From NCBI GenBank assembly GCA_031261085.1, contig JAISKB010000005.1, forward strand, positions 587-64,586: a stretch of 64,000 bases of DNA, written 5' to 3'. This DNA is from Christensenellaceae bacterium. Its GTDB lineage: Bacteria; Bacillota; Clostridia; Christensenellales; CAG-138. A program made the translations under genes and the position numbers. Below the pieces are notes generated by a model. The model worked only from the letters and a program-made list of their open reading frames with translations. It searched no databases and had not been told where the DNA came from. This document shows positions 17,995 to 30,385 of this stretch, one piece after another; the first letter of the stretch is position 1; each line of letters starts with the position of its first letter.

Positions 17995-18987
17995 ATGTCA
18001 TACGAAAACGATACCATCGGCCGCCGCATCGCGGCATTGCGCAAGCAGGCCGGCATGACGCAGGAACAGCTTGCCGACCAGCTGGGCGTCAGCGCACAAG
18101 CGGTCAGCAAATGGGAGAACGATATTTCCTGCCCCGACATCTCCATACTGCCCACGCTCGCTTCCATATTTCATGTGAGCGTGGATATGCTGCTGGGGGT
18201 AGAGCCGCAGGCCGCCGGCACGCCGCAGCCCGCTGCGCAGGAAGCGCCCGAAGCCGCAGGGCATGCCTCGCGCAATATTGGGGGCATTGCGATCGCCATC
18301 TTTCTTATTTTACTGGGCGTGGGGCTGTTTGTGCTCCGCTCGTTCACCGGCCTGCCGTTTGATATTTGGAGCATCGTATGGCCCGCCGTATTGCTGGGCT
18401 TGGGCATAGCGTGGGCGGTGGAGGCGTTTTCTCCCCTGGGCCTGGGCGTGGCGTTTTTGGGGTTCTACTTCCTTTTTCAAAACCTCGGCGAACCTCTGCC
18501 GTTCGTGCTCACTTGGGATTTGATTTGGCCCGTGCTGCTCATACTCATCGGCCTGCACGCGCTGGTGGAGCACTTTCATTGGAATAAGAAGCGCAAGCAT
18601 ACCTGGTGGCAGCAGCACAAGCCGCAAGGGCACAGCGATTACGATGAAAGCAACGGCTATATCAACGTGGACGCCACCTTTACCGAGGACGACCGCCGCA
18701 TAGATGGCGATTCCTTCGTAGGCGGCAAAATAGCCATCGTATTTTCGGGCGGCAAGCTGGACCTTACGCAGGCGCGCACGCTGGGCGCCGAGGGCAGCGC
18801 TTTGCTGAACCTGCAGGTCGTGTTTGGCGGCTACCAAATCTACCTGCCCCGGCACATTCAGGTGGAAAACAGGAGCACCTGCGTGCTGGGCGGCATCGAT
18901 ATAAAGGGCCGCGCGGTAAATCCCACCTCCACGCTCATCATAACCGGCGAGGTCGTGTTTGGCGGCGTGGAAATACAGTATGTGTAA
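17995..18987 (+). CDS. Membrane-anchored XRE-family HTH regulator with a beta-rich, LiaF-like C-terminal domain
   Basis: N-terminal IGRRIAALRKQAGMTQEQLADQLGVSAQAVSKWEN (HTH_3 pattern). Four hydrophobic segments. The C-terminus has repeated G-G-x-I/V strands (GGKIAIVFSGGKLDL, VVFGGYQIYLP, VLGGIDIKG, VVFGGVEIQYV). The C-terminal domain assignment is tentative. Confidence 0.7.
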   Translation: MSYENDTIGRRIAALRKQAGMTQEQLADQLGVSAQAVSKWENDISCPDISILPTLASIFHVSVDMLLGVEPQAAGTPQPAAQEAPEAAGHASRNIGGIAIAIFLILLGVGLFVLRSFTGLPFDIWSIVWPAVLLGLGIAWAVEAFSPLGLGVAFLGFYFLFQNLGEPLPFVLTWDLIWPVLLILIGLHALVEHFHWNKKRKHTWWQQHKPQGHSDYDESNGYINVDATFTEDDRRIDGDSFVGGKIAIVFSGGKLDLTQARTLGAEGSALLNLQVVFGGYQIYLPRHIQVENRSTCVLGGIDIKGRAVNPTSTLIITGEVVFGGVEIQYV

Positions 18988-19003
18988 ATAGCATACGCGC
19001 TTT

Positions 19004-19033
19004 AAATCCCCTCTTTATGGAGGGGATTTTTTA
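19004..19033 (+). terminator. Rho-independent terminator of the HTH regulator gene
   Basis: AAATCCCCTC-TTTATG-GAGGGGATTT perfect 10-bp stem followed by a T-run. Confidence 0.7.
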
Positions 19034-19133
19034 TGCGCGTATGCGGGCAATGTTCATTTTTTTGCTTTCAAATTGTAGCGGCTTATGTTTCAGCGGGGGG
19101 TTTGGGGGTTGCGCCCAGTTGCGGCGCTGCCGC

Positions 19134-19161
19134 AAAAAATTCCCCCTCCTGGGGGAGGGGG
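19134..19161 (-). terminator. Rho-independent terminator of dnaJ
   Basis: Minus strand CCCCCTCC-CCCA-GGAGGGGG followed by AATTTTTT, 22 nt after the dnaJ stop. Confidence 0.65.
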
Positions 19162-19174
19162 TTAGGGGATGGTG
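19141..19174 (+). repeat. Short dispersed GC-hairpin element, copy 1 (TCCCCCTCCTGGGGGAGGGGGTTAGGGGATGGTG)
   Basis: Shares the 15-nt core GGGGTTAGGGGATGG and the preceding CCCyTCC..GGrAGGG hairpin with the inverted copy at 32990..33025. Confidence 0.5.
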
Positions 19175-19183
19175 AAAATCCTT

Positions 19184-20320
19184 CTATTGCTTTGCCTTGT
19201 TGAATATGTTTTTGCGGGCGGCGCGGGCATCGCTCACCTTATCGCCCAGCGAATCCGCCAGCTTTTTGACCAAATCCCGCTGCTCATCGTTGAGCCGCTT
19301 GGGTATCGACACATCGGTGTGCACGAGCAAATCCCCCTTGGAGTTGGAGTTGAGCCGGGCCACCCCCTGCTCCTTCAGCCGGAAGGTCGTGCCGGGCTGC
19401 GTACCCTCGGGAACGGTGTATTTTACGCTGCCGTTTAGCGTGGGCACCTGAATCTCCCCGCCCATCACGGCCACCGTCATGGGTATGTTCATATCCAAAT
19501 ACAGGTCGTTGCCACGGCGGGTAAACAGCTTGTGCGGCTTTACGGTGATGGAGATATATAAGTCCCCCGCCGTGCCGCCGCGCAGGCCCGCCTCGCCCTC
19601 GCCGCGCATGTTGAGCGTTTGCCCGTTATCGATGCCGGCGGGCACGTTCACCACGATGCGCTTGGACCTGTTGACCCGGCCCCGGCCCTTGCAATCGGCA
19701 CAGGCCTCCTGCACGATTTTGCCGCTGCCGCCGCAAGCGTCGCAGGTACGCACAGTGGCAAAGGAGCCAAACATGGTGTTTTGCTGCACCCGCACCTGGC
19801 CGCTGCCGCCGCAGGCATTGCATTTGATGGGCTGCGTGCCGGGCTTTGCGCCGGTGCCGCCGCAGGTAGCGCAGTTTTCTTCACGCGGTATCAGTATCTC
19901 CTTTTTAACGCCAAACGCCGCATCCTCAAACGAGATGCTTAAATTATAGCGCAAATCCCTGCCCCGCGCGGGGCCGGTATGCTGCTGCTGCGAAAACCCG
20001 CTGAAGCCGCCGCCCGTAAATGCCGAAAAAATATCTTCGAAGCCGCCAAAACCGCTAAAGCCCCCGCCGCCATACCCGCCCGCGGAGGCGGAGGGATCAA
20101 ACGCCGCATGGCCAAACTGGTCGTACTGCGCGCGCTTTTTTTCATCCGAAAGCACTTCGTACGCCTCGTTGATCTCCTTAAACTTCTGCTCCGCCGTCTT
20201 ATCGCCGGGGTGCAGGTCGGGGTGATACTCCTTGGCCGCCTTGCGGAACGCGCCCTTTATCTCGGCATCCGTAGCGTCTTTATTTATGCCCAGCGTTTCA
20301 TAATAATCTGCCTTTGCCAA
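19184..20320 (-). CDS. dnaJ: Molecular chaperone DnaJ
   Basis: (M)AKADYYETLG, HPD motif, G/F-rich region, four CxxCxGxG motifs (CATCGGTG, CNACGGSG, CDACGGSG, CADCKGRG). The start codon reads TTG. Confidence 0.97.
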   Translation of the reverse strand: MAKADYYETLGINKDATDAEIKGAFRKAAKEYHPDLHPGDKTAEQKFKEINEAYEVLSDEKKRAQYDQFGHAAFDPSASAGGYGGGGFSGFGGFEDIFSAFTGGGFSGFSQQQHTGPARGRDLRYNLSISFEDAAFGVKKEILIPREENCATCGGTGAKPGTQPIKCNACGGSGQVRVQQNTMFGSFATVRTCDACGGSGKIVQEACADCKGRGRVNRSKRIVVNVPAGIDNGQTLNMRGEGEAGLRGGTAGDLYISITVKPHKLFTRRGNDLYLDMNIPMTVAVMGGEIQVPTLNGSVKYTVPEGTQPGTTFRLKEQGVARLNSNSKGDLLVHTDVSIPKRLNDEQRDLVKKLADSLGDKVSDARAARKNIFNKAKQ

Positions 20321-20421
20321 ATTCCCTTACGCTCCAATCCTACATCATTTCAGGGCCGCACCCGGCAGGGCGGCCCCGATTTGATACAACTTACGTCAAT
20401 TTGCGGGGGTTTACCGCCGCA

Positions 20422-22278
<1,857 letters not shown>

Positions 22279-22306
22279 CTAAAAAACATCTTTTTATATT
22301 ATTATT

Positions 22307-22879
22307 CTATTTCGCAACCTTCACCATACTATGGCGAATCATGCGATCGTTAACCTGATAGCCCTTTTGCAGCGTCTGCAATACCTGGCCAGAGGGAACG
22401 CCCTCCGCTTCTTCCTGCAGCACGGCCTCGTGCAGGTTTGGGTCGAACTGCCCGCCCTCGGGCACGGCGCGCAGGCCGCATTTCCCCAGCGATTCGAGCA
22501 GCTGCCGCTGCACCTTTTCCATGCCCTCCAGCCACGCGACATCCACACCCTCGGCATTTTCGAGCGCCCGGTCAAAGGTATCCAACGCGGGCAGCAGCGC
22601 TTTTATGACGTTGCGCGCGCCCTCTTCCTGCGCATCCGCATATACCGCCGCGTTGCGTCGGCGAAAATTATCAAAATCGGCCTGCACGCGCTGCGCCAGG
22701 GTTTTCATTTCATCGCGCTCCTGCGTAAGGCTCTCTATGTGCGCCTTTACCTGCTCAAATTCCTCGCCGCTAAGCTCAATCAGCTCCTGCGCGCCGGCGC
22801 TTTGTTCCTGCACCGCCTGCTGTTCCAGTTCCTGCCCCGCTTGCGTTACGGGCGTTTCTCCCTCTGCCTTTTTGCTCAT
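22307..22879 (-). CDS. grpE: Nucleotide exchange factor GrpE
   Basis: Acidic coiled-coil N-terminus and C-terminal ..FDPNLHEAV..GYQVNDRMIRHSMVKV. ATGA overlap with the hrcA stop. Confidence 0.93.
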   Translation of the reverse strand: MSKKAEGETPVTQAGQELEQQAVQEQSAGAQELIELSGEEFEQVKAHIESLTQERDEMKTLAQRVQADFDNFRRRNAAVYADAQEEGARNVIKALLPALDTFDRALENAEGVDVAWLEGMEKVQRQLLESLGKCGLRAVPEGGQFDPNLHEAVLQEEAEGVPSGQVLQTLQKGYQVNDRMIRHSMVKVAK

Positions 22880-23916
22880 TTTCGCTCCTCATCAAACATA
22901 TTCGTGAGCACCGCGCTCAAGCTTTTGCCTATATGGTTCATCAACGCCAGCACCCGCCCATAATTCATGCGAACCGGGCCTATCACGCCCAAGGAGCCCA
23001 TGGAGGTATCCCCCACCTTGTAGGTGGCGGTCACCACGGAACAATCCTGCATGGGCGCGGACTTGTTTTCGGCGCCGATGGTGATGGAAAATTCTACATT
23101 GGTAGCCTCGTTTAGCAGGCTATAGAGCACATCCCTTGTTTCGATGGCGTTTAAGAAGGCGCGCGCCTTCCCCATATCGCTGTATTCGGGGTAGCTGAGC
23201 ATGTTGGTCGCGCCCGAAAGCTGTACGCCATCGGGGCCGGCATCCATGCTCTTTTGCAGCGTCTCCAGCGAAGCATCCAAAAACTCGCGCTGGCCCTGCA
23301 GCTCGGCCTGCAGTTCGGGTATGTGCACCGCGCGTATATCCCGCACGGTACAGTTGCGCAGCCGCTCGGTGAGTATGTGCGAAATGCGCTCCAGCTGCGA
23401 GGGCGTCATGCCAAGGGGCACGTTGATTAAGGAATCCCGCGTGATGCCCGCATCGGTTACCACCACCACCAGCGCCCTGCCCTCGCCCACCGGCACCAGT
23501 TGAATGTGCCGTATCTTCACCGCCTGCAGCTGGGGCGTGAGCACCATGGAGGTGTATTTTGTCATGCTCGAAAGCACCCAGGCCGTTTGCTTTACAACCT
23601 CATCGACCTTGTCGAGCGTGCTCGAATAGCAATCCTGTATGAATCGCTTTTCTTCCTCGAGCAGCGCGGCCTGCCGCATGATGGAATTGACATACAGCCT
23701 ATAGGCCTTTTCGCTGGGGATGCGCCCCGCCGAGGTGTGCGGCTGCTCCAAATAACCCATCTCTTCTAAATCGCTCATCTCGTTGCGTATGGTGGCGGAA
23801 GAAAGCGCAATGCCGGGGAGCTTGGATATCGTCCGCGAGCCTACCGGCGATGCCGTAAGTATATAATCATCGATAATCGCCTGTAAAATGCGCATTTTTC
23901 GCATATCCAGCGCCAA
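22876..23916 (-). CDS. hrcA: Heat-inducible transcription repressor HrcA
   Basis: ..MRKMRILQAIIDDYILTASPVGSRTISK.. The start is uncertain. I favour TTG 23916 just after SD AAAGGGGGTGGA. ATG 23904 and ATG 23937 are alternatives. The track start at 23946 (GTG) lies inside CIRCE. Confidence 0.9.
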   Translation of the reverse strand: MALDMRKMRILQAIIDDYILTASPVGSRTISKLPGIALSSATIRNEMSDLEEMGYLEQPHTSAGRIPSEKAYRLYVNSIMRQAALLEEEKRFIQDCYSSTLDKVDEVVKQTAWVLSSMTKYTSMVLTPQLQAVKIRHIQLVPVGEGRALVVVVTDAGITRDSLINVPLGMTPSQLERISHILTERLRNCTVRDIRAVHIPELQAELQGQREFLDASLETLQKSMDAGPDGVQLSGATNMLSYPEYSDMGKARAFLNAIETRDVLYSLLNEATNVEFSITIGAENKSAPMQDCSVVTATYKVGDTSMGSLGVIGPVRMNYGRVLALMNHIGKSLSAVLTNMFDEERK

Positions 23917-23939
23917 GGTTCCACCCCCTTTCCGCATTG

Positions 23940-23966
23940 TTAGCACTCATTTGGTTCGAGTGCTAA
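23940..23966 (-). promoter_or_regulatory. CIRCE operator (HrcA binding site)
   Basis: Perfect TTAGCACTC-N9-GAGTGCTAA between the promoter and hrcA. Confidence 0.95.
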
Positions 23967-23977
23967 ACACTATGAAT

Positions 23978-24006
23978 AAGATACCGCCCGCGCAAAAAAT
24001 TGTCAA
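23978..24006 (-). promoter_or_regulatory. Sigma-A-type promoter of the hrcA-grpE-dnaK-dnaJ operon (TTGACA-17-TATCTT)
   Basis: Minus strand: TTGACA 24006..24001, 17-nt spacer, TATCTT 23983..23978, 11 nt upstream of CIRCE. Confidence 0.6.
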
Positions 24007-24066
24007 GCAATGCGGCGTACGGCAATGTGAACAAACGGAAACATCGATATGAAATAAAAATTCCGG

Positions 24067-25206
24067 TCAATCCTCCATAAAATACAGCAGGGCGCTGTTT
24101 TGCATATCCAGCCCCGCCTCCGTTAGGCGCAGGGCATCCTGTGTAACCTCCAAATACCCCAGCGCGCGCAAAGCCTCCGCCGCCTCTGGGTAAGCCTCCA
24201 AGGCATCCTGCCCAAACCGCGCCGCAAACGCCGCCCTGCTTAGGCCGCGCGTCATGCGCAAGCCCAGCATCACGCATTCAAACATCTCTTCCTTGCGCTC
24301 TATGCGCTGCATCCGCTCTATGGGCAGCTCGCCCCGCGCCGTTTTGGCGATATACGCCTCCAAGTCCGCCGTGTTATTCCACCGCCGCCAGCCCGCAAGC
24401 ACCATCGCCGCGTGCGCGGCCAAGCCCAGCCCCAGGTATTCGCCGTTTTCCCAATAGTTGATATTGTGGCGGCATTCCTGGCCCGCCAAGGCATAGTTCG
24501 AAATTTCATATTGCGCATAGCCCAAAGCGGCAAGCGCGGCCCGCCCCGCCGCCTGCATATCGTATACCGCGTCGTCGTCGGGCAAAAGCGTTTCGCCGGC
24601 CCGCACCGCGCCATACAGCGGCGTACCCTCTTCGACGATGAGCGAATACGCGCTGATGTGCGTGGGCAAAAGCGCCGCGACCCGCGCGACGGTGTCGAGG
24701 TAATCCGCCTCGCTTTGGCCGGGCAGGCCGTATAATATATCCACATTGATATTGGAAAACCCGGCTTGCTTCGCCATATGAAAGCCGTGCTCGAACTGCG
24801 CATAGTCGTGTATGCGGCCAATCGACCGCAGCAGCGCATCGTTCGCGCTTTGCAGGCCGAAGGACAGCCGGTTTATCCCCGCGCGCCGGTAAGCGGCCAA
24901 ACGCCCCGCATCCACGCTGCCGGGGTTGCACTCCAGAGTGACCTCCGCACCTTGCGCGATGGTAAAGCGCGCGCGCAGGGCCTCGCATATCCGCTCCATA
25001 TCCTCCGCCGGCAGCAGGCTGGGGGTGCCGCCGCCCACAAACACCGTGTCGTACCGCCGCGCCGGGAAGCGTTCTGCCGCCAGGTCGATTTCACACAAAA
25101 GCGCGCGCACATACGCCGCCCGTCGGCTTTGATCGGCAAAGGATACAAAGTCGCAATAGCAGCACTTGCGCGCGCAGAAGGGTATGTGCAGATAGATGCC
25201 CGCCAT
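24067..25206 (-). CDS. hemW: Radical SAM heme chaperone HemW (HemN-like, coproporphyrinogen oxidase family)
   Basis: IYLHIPFCARKCCYCDF (CxxxCxxC), 379 aa. Sits in the classical position between lepA and hrcA. Confidence 0.88.
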   Translation of the reverse strand: MAGIYLHIPFCARKCCYCDFVSFADQSRRAAYVRALLCEIDLAAERFPARRYDTVFVGGGTPSLLPAEDMERICEALRARFTIAQGAEVTLECNPGSVDAGRLAAYRRAGINRLSFGLQSANDALLRSIGRIHDYAQFEHGFHMAKQAGFSNINVDILYGLPGQSEADYLDTVARVAALLPTHISAYSLIVEEGTPLYGAVRAGETLLPDDDAVYDMQAAGRAALAALGYAQYEISNYALAGQECRHNINYWENGEYLGLGLAAHAAMVLAGWRRWNNTADLEAYIAKTARGELPIERMQRIERKEEMFECVMLGLRMTRGLSRAAFAARFGQDALEAYPEAAEALRALGYLEVTQDALRLTEAGLDMQNSALLYFMED

Positions 25207-25207
25207 A

Positions 25208-27010
<1,803 letters not shown>

Positions 27011-27084
27011 AGAACCCTCCGATTTATGCGAACCTTAAAATAATGCCGCCCTCGTTTGCCATGCATATCGAGCGGGGCAATAAA

Positions 27085-27113
27085 ACTATACTGAATCGCG
27101 GCGCAAATTGCAA
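27085..27113 (-). promoter_or_regulatory. Candidate lepA promoter (TTGCAA-17-TATAGT)
   Basis: Minus strand: TTGCAA 27113..27108, 17-nt spacer, TATAGT 27090..27085. Confidence 0.45.
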
Positions 27114-27136
27114 GCACATCCCACACATGTTATAAT
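27108..27136 (+). promoter_or_regulatory. Candidate promoter of the LUD / GIY-YIG gene pair (TTGCAA-17-TATAAT)
   Basis: Plus strand: TTGCAA 27108-27113 (the same palindromic hexamer as the lepA -35), 17-nt spacer, TATAAT 27131-27136. Confidence 0.5.
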
Positions 27137-27231
27137 ACACGCAATAAAAAACGCCGCCTCCCACACGCGCGCCGCACGGCGCCGCCGTTGGAATCCTTGC
27201 ATTATATAATACAGAAAGAAAGGGCTTCATC

Positions 27232-27846
27232 ATGTTTTGCGAAAATTATGACGCGTTTGTACACACCCTCACCCAGCATGGCTATACCGTGCACACCGCC
27301 GCGAGTGCCGAGGCCGCAAAAGCGCTGGCGCTTTCCCTGATAGGCGCCGGATCGGTAGGCTGCGGCGGCTCCATGACGGTAAAGGACATTGGCCTTTATG
27401 ACGCGCTGGGCGCGCAGGGCAATACCATGTACAACCACAGCACGGTGCCGCCGCAGGAGCGGTCCGGAGTATTCTTGCAAGCGGCCCGGGCGGATTGGTA
27501 CCTATGCTCTACCAACGCGCTCACGCTCGATGGCAAGCTCATCAACATCGACGGCGTGGGCAACCGCGTGGGCGGCATGTTTTCGGGCCCCAAAAAGGTA
27601 TTGCTCATCATAGGCAAAAATAAGCTGGCCGACACCTACGATGCCGGTATGGAGCGCGTCAAGCGGGTCGCCTGCGTAAAGAACACCCGCCGGCTCAACA
27701 AAAAAACGCCCTGCGCCGCCACCGGCGCCTGTGCGGATTGTTCCTCGCCCGACCGCATTTGCAACGTGACCAGCATCATCGAATATAAACCGGGCTGGGT
27801 ACAGGAGCTGCATCTTATTTTGGTGGACGCCGAGCTCGGCTATTGA
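27232..27846 (+). CDS. LUD-domain (DUF162, LutC-like) protein
   Basis: [64 protein letters not shown]; 204 aa. Confidence 0.75.
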   Translation: MFCENYDAFVHTLTQHGYTVHTAASAEAAKALALSLIGAGSVGCGGSMTVKDIGLYDALGAQGNTMYNHSTVPPQERSGVFLQAARADWYLCSTNALTLDGKLINIDGVGNRVGGMFSGPKKVLLIIGKNKLADTYDAGMERVKRVACVKNTRRLNKKTPCAATGACADCSSPDRICNVTSIIEYKPGWVQELHLILVDAELGY

Positions 27847-28103
27847 TGTATTACGCCTACATTTTGCGCTGCGCCGACGGCACGCTGTATGCCGGCTATA
27901 CCGATGACCTGCGGCGCCGCCTGGCCGCGCATAACGCGGGCAAGGGCGGCAAATATACCCGCGCGCACCGGCCTGTTACGCTCGCGTACTATGAATCGTT
28001 CGAAACAAAAGCCGAAGCGATGCGGCGCGAATACGCATACAAGAAATATTCCCGCGCACAAAAGCTTGCGCTCATAGAGGTCGGGGTCGATACCCCGCCC
28101 TAA
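27846..28103 (+). CDS. GIY-YIG nuclease-family protein (UPF0213-like)
   Basis: [33 protein letters not shown]. The ATG overlaps the LUD stop (TGATG). Confidence 0.88.
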   Translation: MYYAYILRCADGTLYAGYTDDLRRRLAAHNAGKGGKYTRAHRPVTLAYYESFETKAEAMRREYAYKKYSRAQKLALIEVGVDTPP

Positions 28104-28152
28104 CCCCCGCGGCGGGGCAAAACGCAATGCGTAACAAGAATCCCTCCATGCC

Positions 28153-28183
28153 AAAAGCGCGCCCATTCGCGGGACGCGCTTTT
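28153..28183. terminator. Bidirectional rho-independent terminator between convergent GIY-YIG and glyQS
   Basis: AAAAGCGCG-(13-nt loop)-CGCGCTTTT. A/T runs on both sides. Confidence 0.6.
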
Positions 28184-28205
28184 ATGCTATGCGCTTTTGC
28201 TTCGC

Positions 28206-29591
28206 TTAAAAATCGATCGCGTTTTGAATATACTGCTCGAGCTCGGCGATAGGCAGGCGAATTTGCGCCATGGTATCACGATCCCGCACGGTAACGGTGT
28301 TATCCTCCAGCGTGTCAAAATCGATGGTGATGCACAGCGGCGTGCCTATTTCATCCTCCCGGCGGTACCGTTTGCCGATTTGCCCGGCATCGTCATAATC
28401 CACCATAAAGCGGCGGGCCAGTGCTGTATATACCTCTATAGCCTTATCGCCCAGCTTCTTTTGCAGCGGCAGTACCGCGGCCTTAAACGGCGCCAGCGCG
28501 GGGTGCAGGTGCAGCACGTTGCGCACATCGCCGCTCTCCAGCGTTTCTTCATCGTAGGCATCGCATAAGAAGGCCAGCGCCACGCGGTCGGCGCCCAGCG
28601 AGGGCTCCACACAATAGGGTATGAACCGCTCGTTGGTGAACGGATCCTGATATTCCATGGTCGCGCCGCTGTGCTCGGCATGCGCTTTTAAGTCGAAATC
28701 GGTACGGCTGGCAATGCCCCACAGCTCGCCCCAGCCAAACGGGAACATATATTCAATATCGGTGGTGCCGTTGCTGTAGTGCGAAAGCTCGGCCTGCTCG
28801 TGCTCGCGCAGCTTGATATGCGCCTGCCGCATGCCCAGCGAGAGCAGGAAGTTTTTGCAATATTCCTTCCAATATACATACCACTCCATTTCGGTGCCGG
28901 GCTGGCAGAAGAACTCCAGCTCCATCTGCTCAAACTCTCGGGTGCGGAAGGTGAAATTGCCCGGGGTGATTTCGTTGCGGAAGGACTTGCCCACCTGCGC
29001 AATGCCGAAGGGGAGTTTTTTGCGGGTGGTACGCTGCACGTTGCGGAAATTCACAAATATGCCCTGCGCCGTTTCGGGGCGAAGGTAGATTTGGTTGGCG
29101 GTATCTTCGTTTACCCCCTGAAAGGTTTTGAACATCATGTTGAACTTGCGTATGCCGGTAAATTCGGTTTTGCCGCATTCGGGGCAGGATATGCCCTGCT
29201 CCGCAATATAGGCGGACATCTCTTCGTGCGACCAGCCATCCGGGTGCACCGGCAGGCCTTTGGCGTGAGCATAATCCTCTATCAGCTTATCGGCGCGGAA
29301 GCGCGCCTTGCAGCCCTTGCAATCCATCAGCGGGTCGTTGAAATTGACCACATGCCCCGAAGCGACCCACGTTTCGGGGTTCATGAGTATGGCGGAATCC
29401 ATGCCCACGTTATAGGGGCTTTCCTGCACAAACTTGCGCCACCAAGCCTTTTTCACGTTGTTTTTGAATTCCACGCCCAGCGGGCCATAGTCCCAGGTGT
29501 TGGCAAGGCCGCCGTATATTTCGGAACCGGCGAAAATAAAACCCCGGTTTTTGCACAGCGCAACGATTTTATCCATGCTGTAATCTGCCAT
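28206..29591 (-). CDS. glyQS: Glycine--tRNA ligase (homodimeric class II)
   Basis: [46 protein letters not shown]; 461 aa. Confidence 0.95.
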   Translation of the reverse strand: MADYSMDKIVALCKNRGFIFAGSEIYGGLANTWDYGPLGVEFKNNVKKAWWRKFVQESPYNVGMDSAILMNPETWVASGHVVNFNDPLMDCKGCKARFRADKLIEDYAHAKGLPVHPDGWSHEEMSAYIAEQGISCPECGKTEFTGIRKFNMMFKTFQGVNEDTANQIYLRPETAQGIFVNFRNVQRTTRKKLPFGIAQVGKSFRNEITPGNFTFRTREFEQMELEFFCQPGTEMEWYVYWKEYCKNFLLSLGMRQAHIKLREHEQAELSHYSNGTTDIEYMFPFGWGELWGIASRTDFDLKAHAEHSGATMEYQDPFTNERFIPYCVEPSLGADRVALAFLCDAYDEETLESGDVRNVLHLHPALAPFKAAVLPLQKKLGDKAIEVYTALARRFMVDYDDAGQIGKRYRREDEIGTPLCITIDFDTLEDNTVTVRDRDTMAQIRLPIAELEQYIQNAIDF

Positions 29592-29823
29592 TCTTATACC
29601 CTCCCGCGTAGCGTTTATCTATGCTTTTAAGCTTTGCTATAACTTCAATATGATACCACAGCCGCCTGCGTTGCACAACAAAAAAAGGCCGCGCCTTGTA
29701 TTCCCTTGCCCGATTTCGCGCAAAACAGAGGTTTTTTTTGCCGCGGCGCACACAATTTGCCGAATATGCGTAGTATATCGTAATGAAAGCGCAAAAGCGC
29801 GAATCAAATAAGGAGGCTATTTT

Positions 29824-30072
29824 ATGTGGAATTGCGGTGGTAATTGCGGTAACAACAGCTGGATGATGATCCTTCTGCTGCTGCTCGTGGGCGGGTTCGA
29901 CAATGGCGGCGGCTGTGGCTGCAACAGCTGTGACAATGGCTGCGGCTGCGGCAACAACGGCCTGGGCAACATCGGCACGATATGCGCGCTGTGCCTGCTG
30001 CTCGGCAACGGCGGCTTTGGCGGCGGCTGCGGCTGCAACGATGATTGCGGGTGCAACAGCTGCGGCTGCTAA
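29824..30072 (+). CDS. Small Cys/Gly/Asn-rich protein (82 aa) with two hydrophobic segments; function unknown
   Basis: AAGGAGG lies 8 nt upstream of the ATG. Sequence: MWNCGGNCGNNSWMMILLLLLVGGFDNGGGCGCNSCDNGCGCGNNGLGNIGTICALCLLLGNGGFGGGCGCNDDCGCNSCGC. Composition is 15 Cys, 24 Gly, 13 Asn, with five CGC motifs. Codon usage looks host-like. Confidence 0.6.
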   Translation: MWNCGGNCGNNSWMMILLLLLVGGFDNGGGCGCNSCDNGCGCGNNGLGNIGTICALCLLLGNGGFGGGCGCNDDCGCNSCGC

Positions 30073-30306
30073 CGCAAACGGCGCGGCCATAGCACAGCAA
30101 AAGGAGCCGGCAGGGTAGGTCAGCCCGCTTCAGCCATGTCACGCAAAAACGCAGGCCGCGGTAAAAATGGCTTGCGCTTTTTGCATGAATTGGCTTCCCT
30201 TCTCCCCCTATGGGATGGGCAAAGCCTCTTTTGTCCTAGAATCACGGACAAGTGTTGCTTCTTGAAAAATCATTGCTCATATCACCGTTATTTTGCAATT
30301 TACATC

Positions 30307-30335
30307 TTGAATTCGACGCGTTTTAGGCATATAAT
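30307..30335 (+). promoter_or_regulatory. Sigma-A-type promoter of tdh-kbl (TTGAAT-17-TATAAT)
   Basis: TTGAAT 30307-30312, 17-nt spacer, TATAAT 30330-30335, 50 nt upstream of the tdh ATG. Confidence 0.5.
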
Positions 30336-30385
30336 TGTCCGTATAACAAGGACAACTCTATCAATAACATCGAGGAGGATTTTAT

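Noticed and set aside
20353-20376. GC-rich hairpin (GGGCCGC-N10-GCGGCCC) between dnaK and dnaJ
   Set aside because: No U-run follows on the transcribed (minus) strand, so I did not call it a terminator. It may be a processing or stability element.
29592-29823. Looked for a T-box leader upstream of glyQS (the B. subtilis paradigm)
   Set aside because: No AGGGUGGUACCGCG-type T-box sequence or specifier/terminator architecture is present on the minus strand. A TTGTGC-17-TATCAT promoter-like motif leaves only a ~55-nt leader.
29569-30142. Three overlapping minus-strand ORFs (173, 79 and 106 aa; Ala-, Pro/Gln- and Arg/Cys-rich) plus the plus-strand 29903..30118 ORF
   Set aside because: They are compositional mirror images of the GGC/TGC-rich small Cys-rich gene. 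None has an SD, and they run into the glyQS 5' region.
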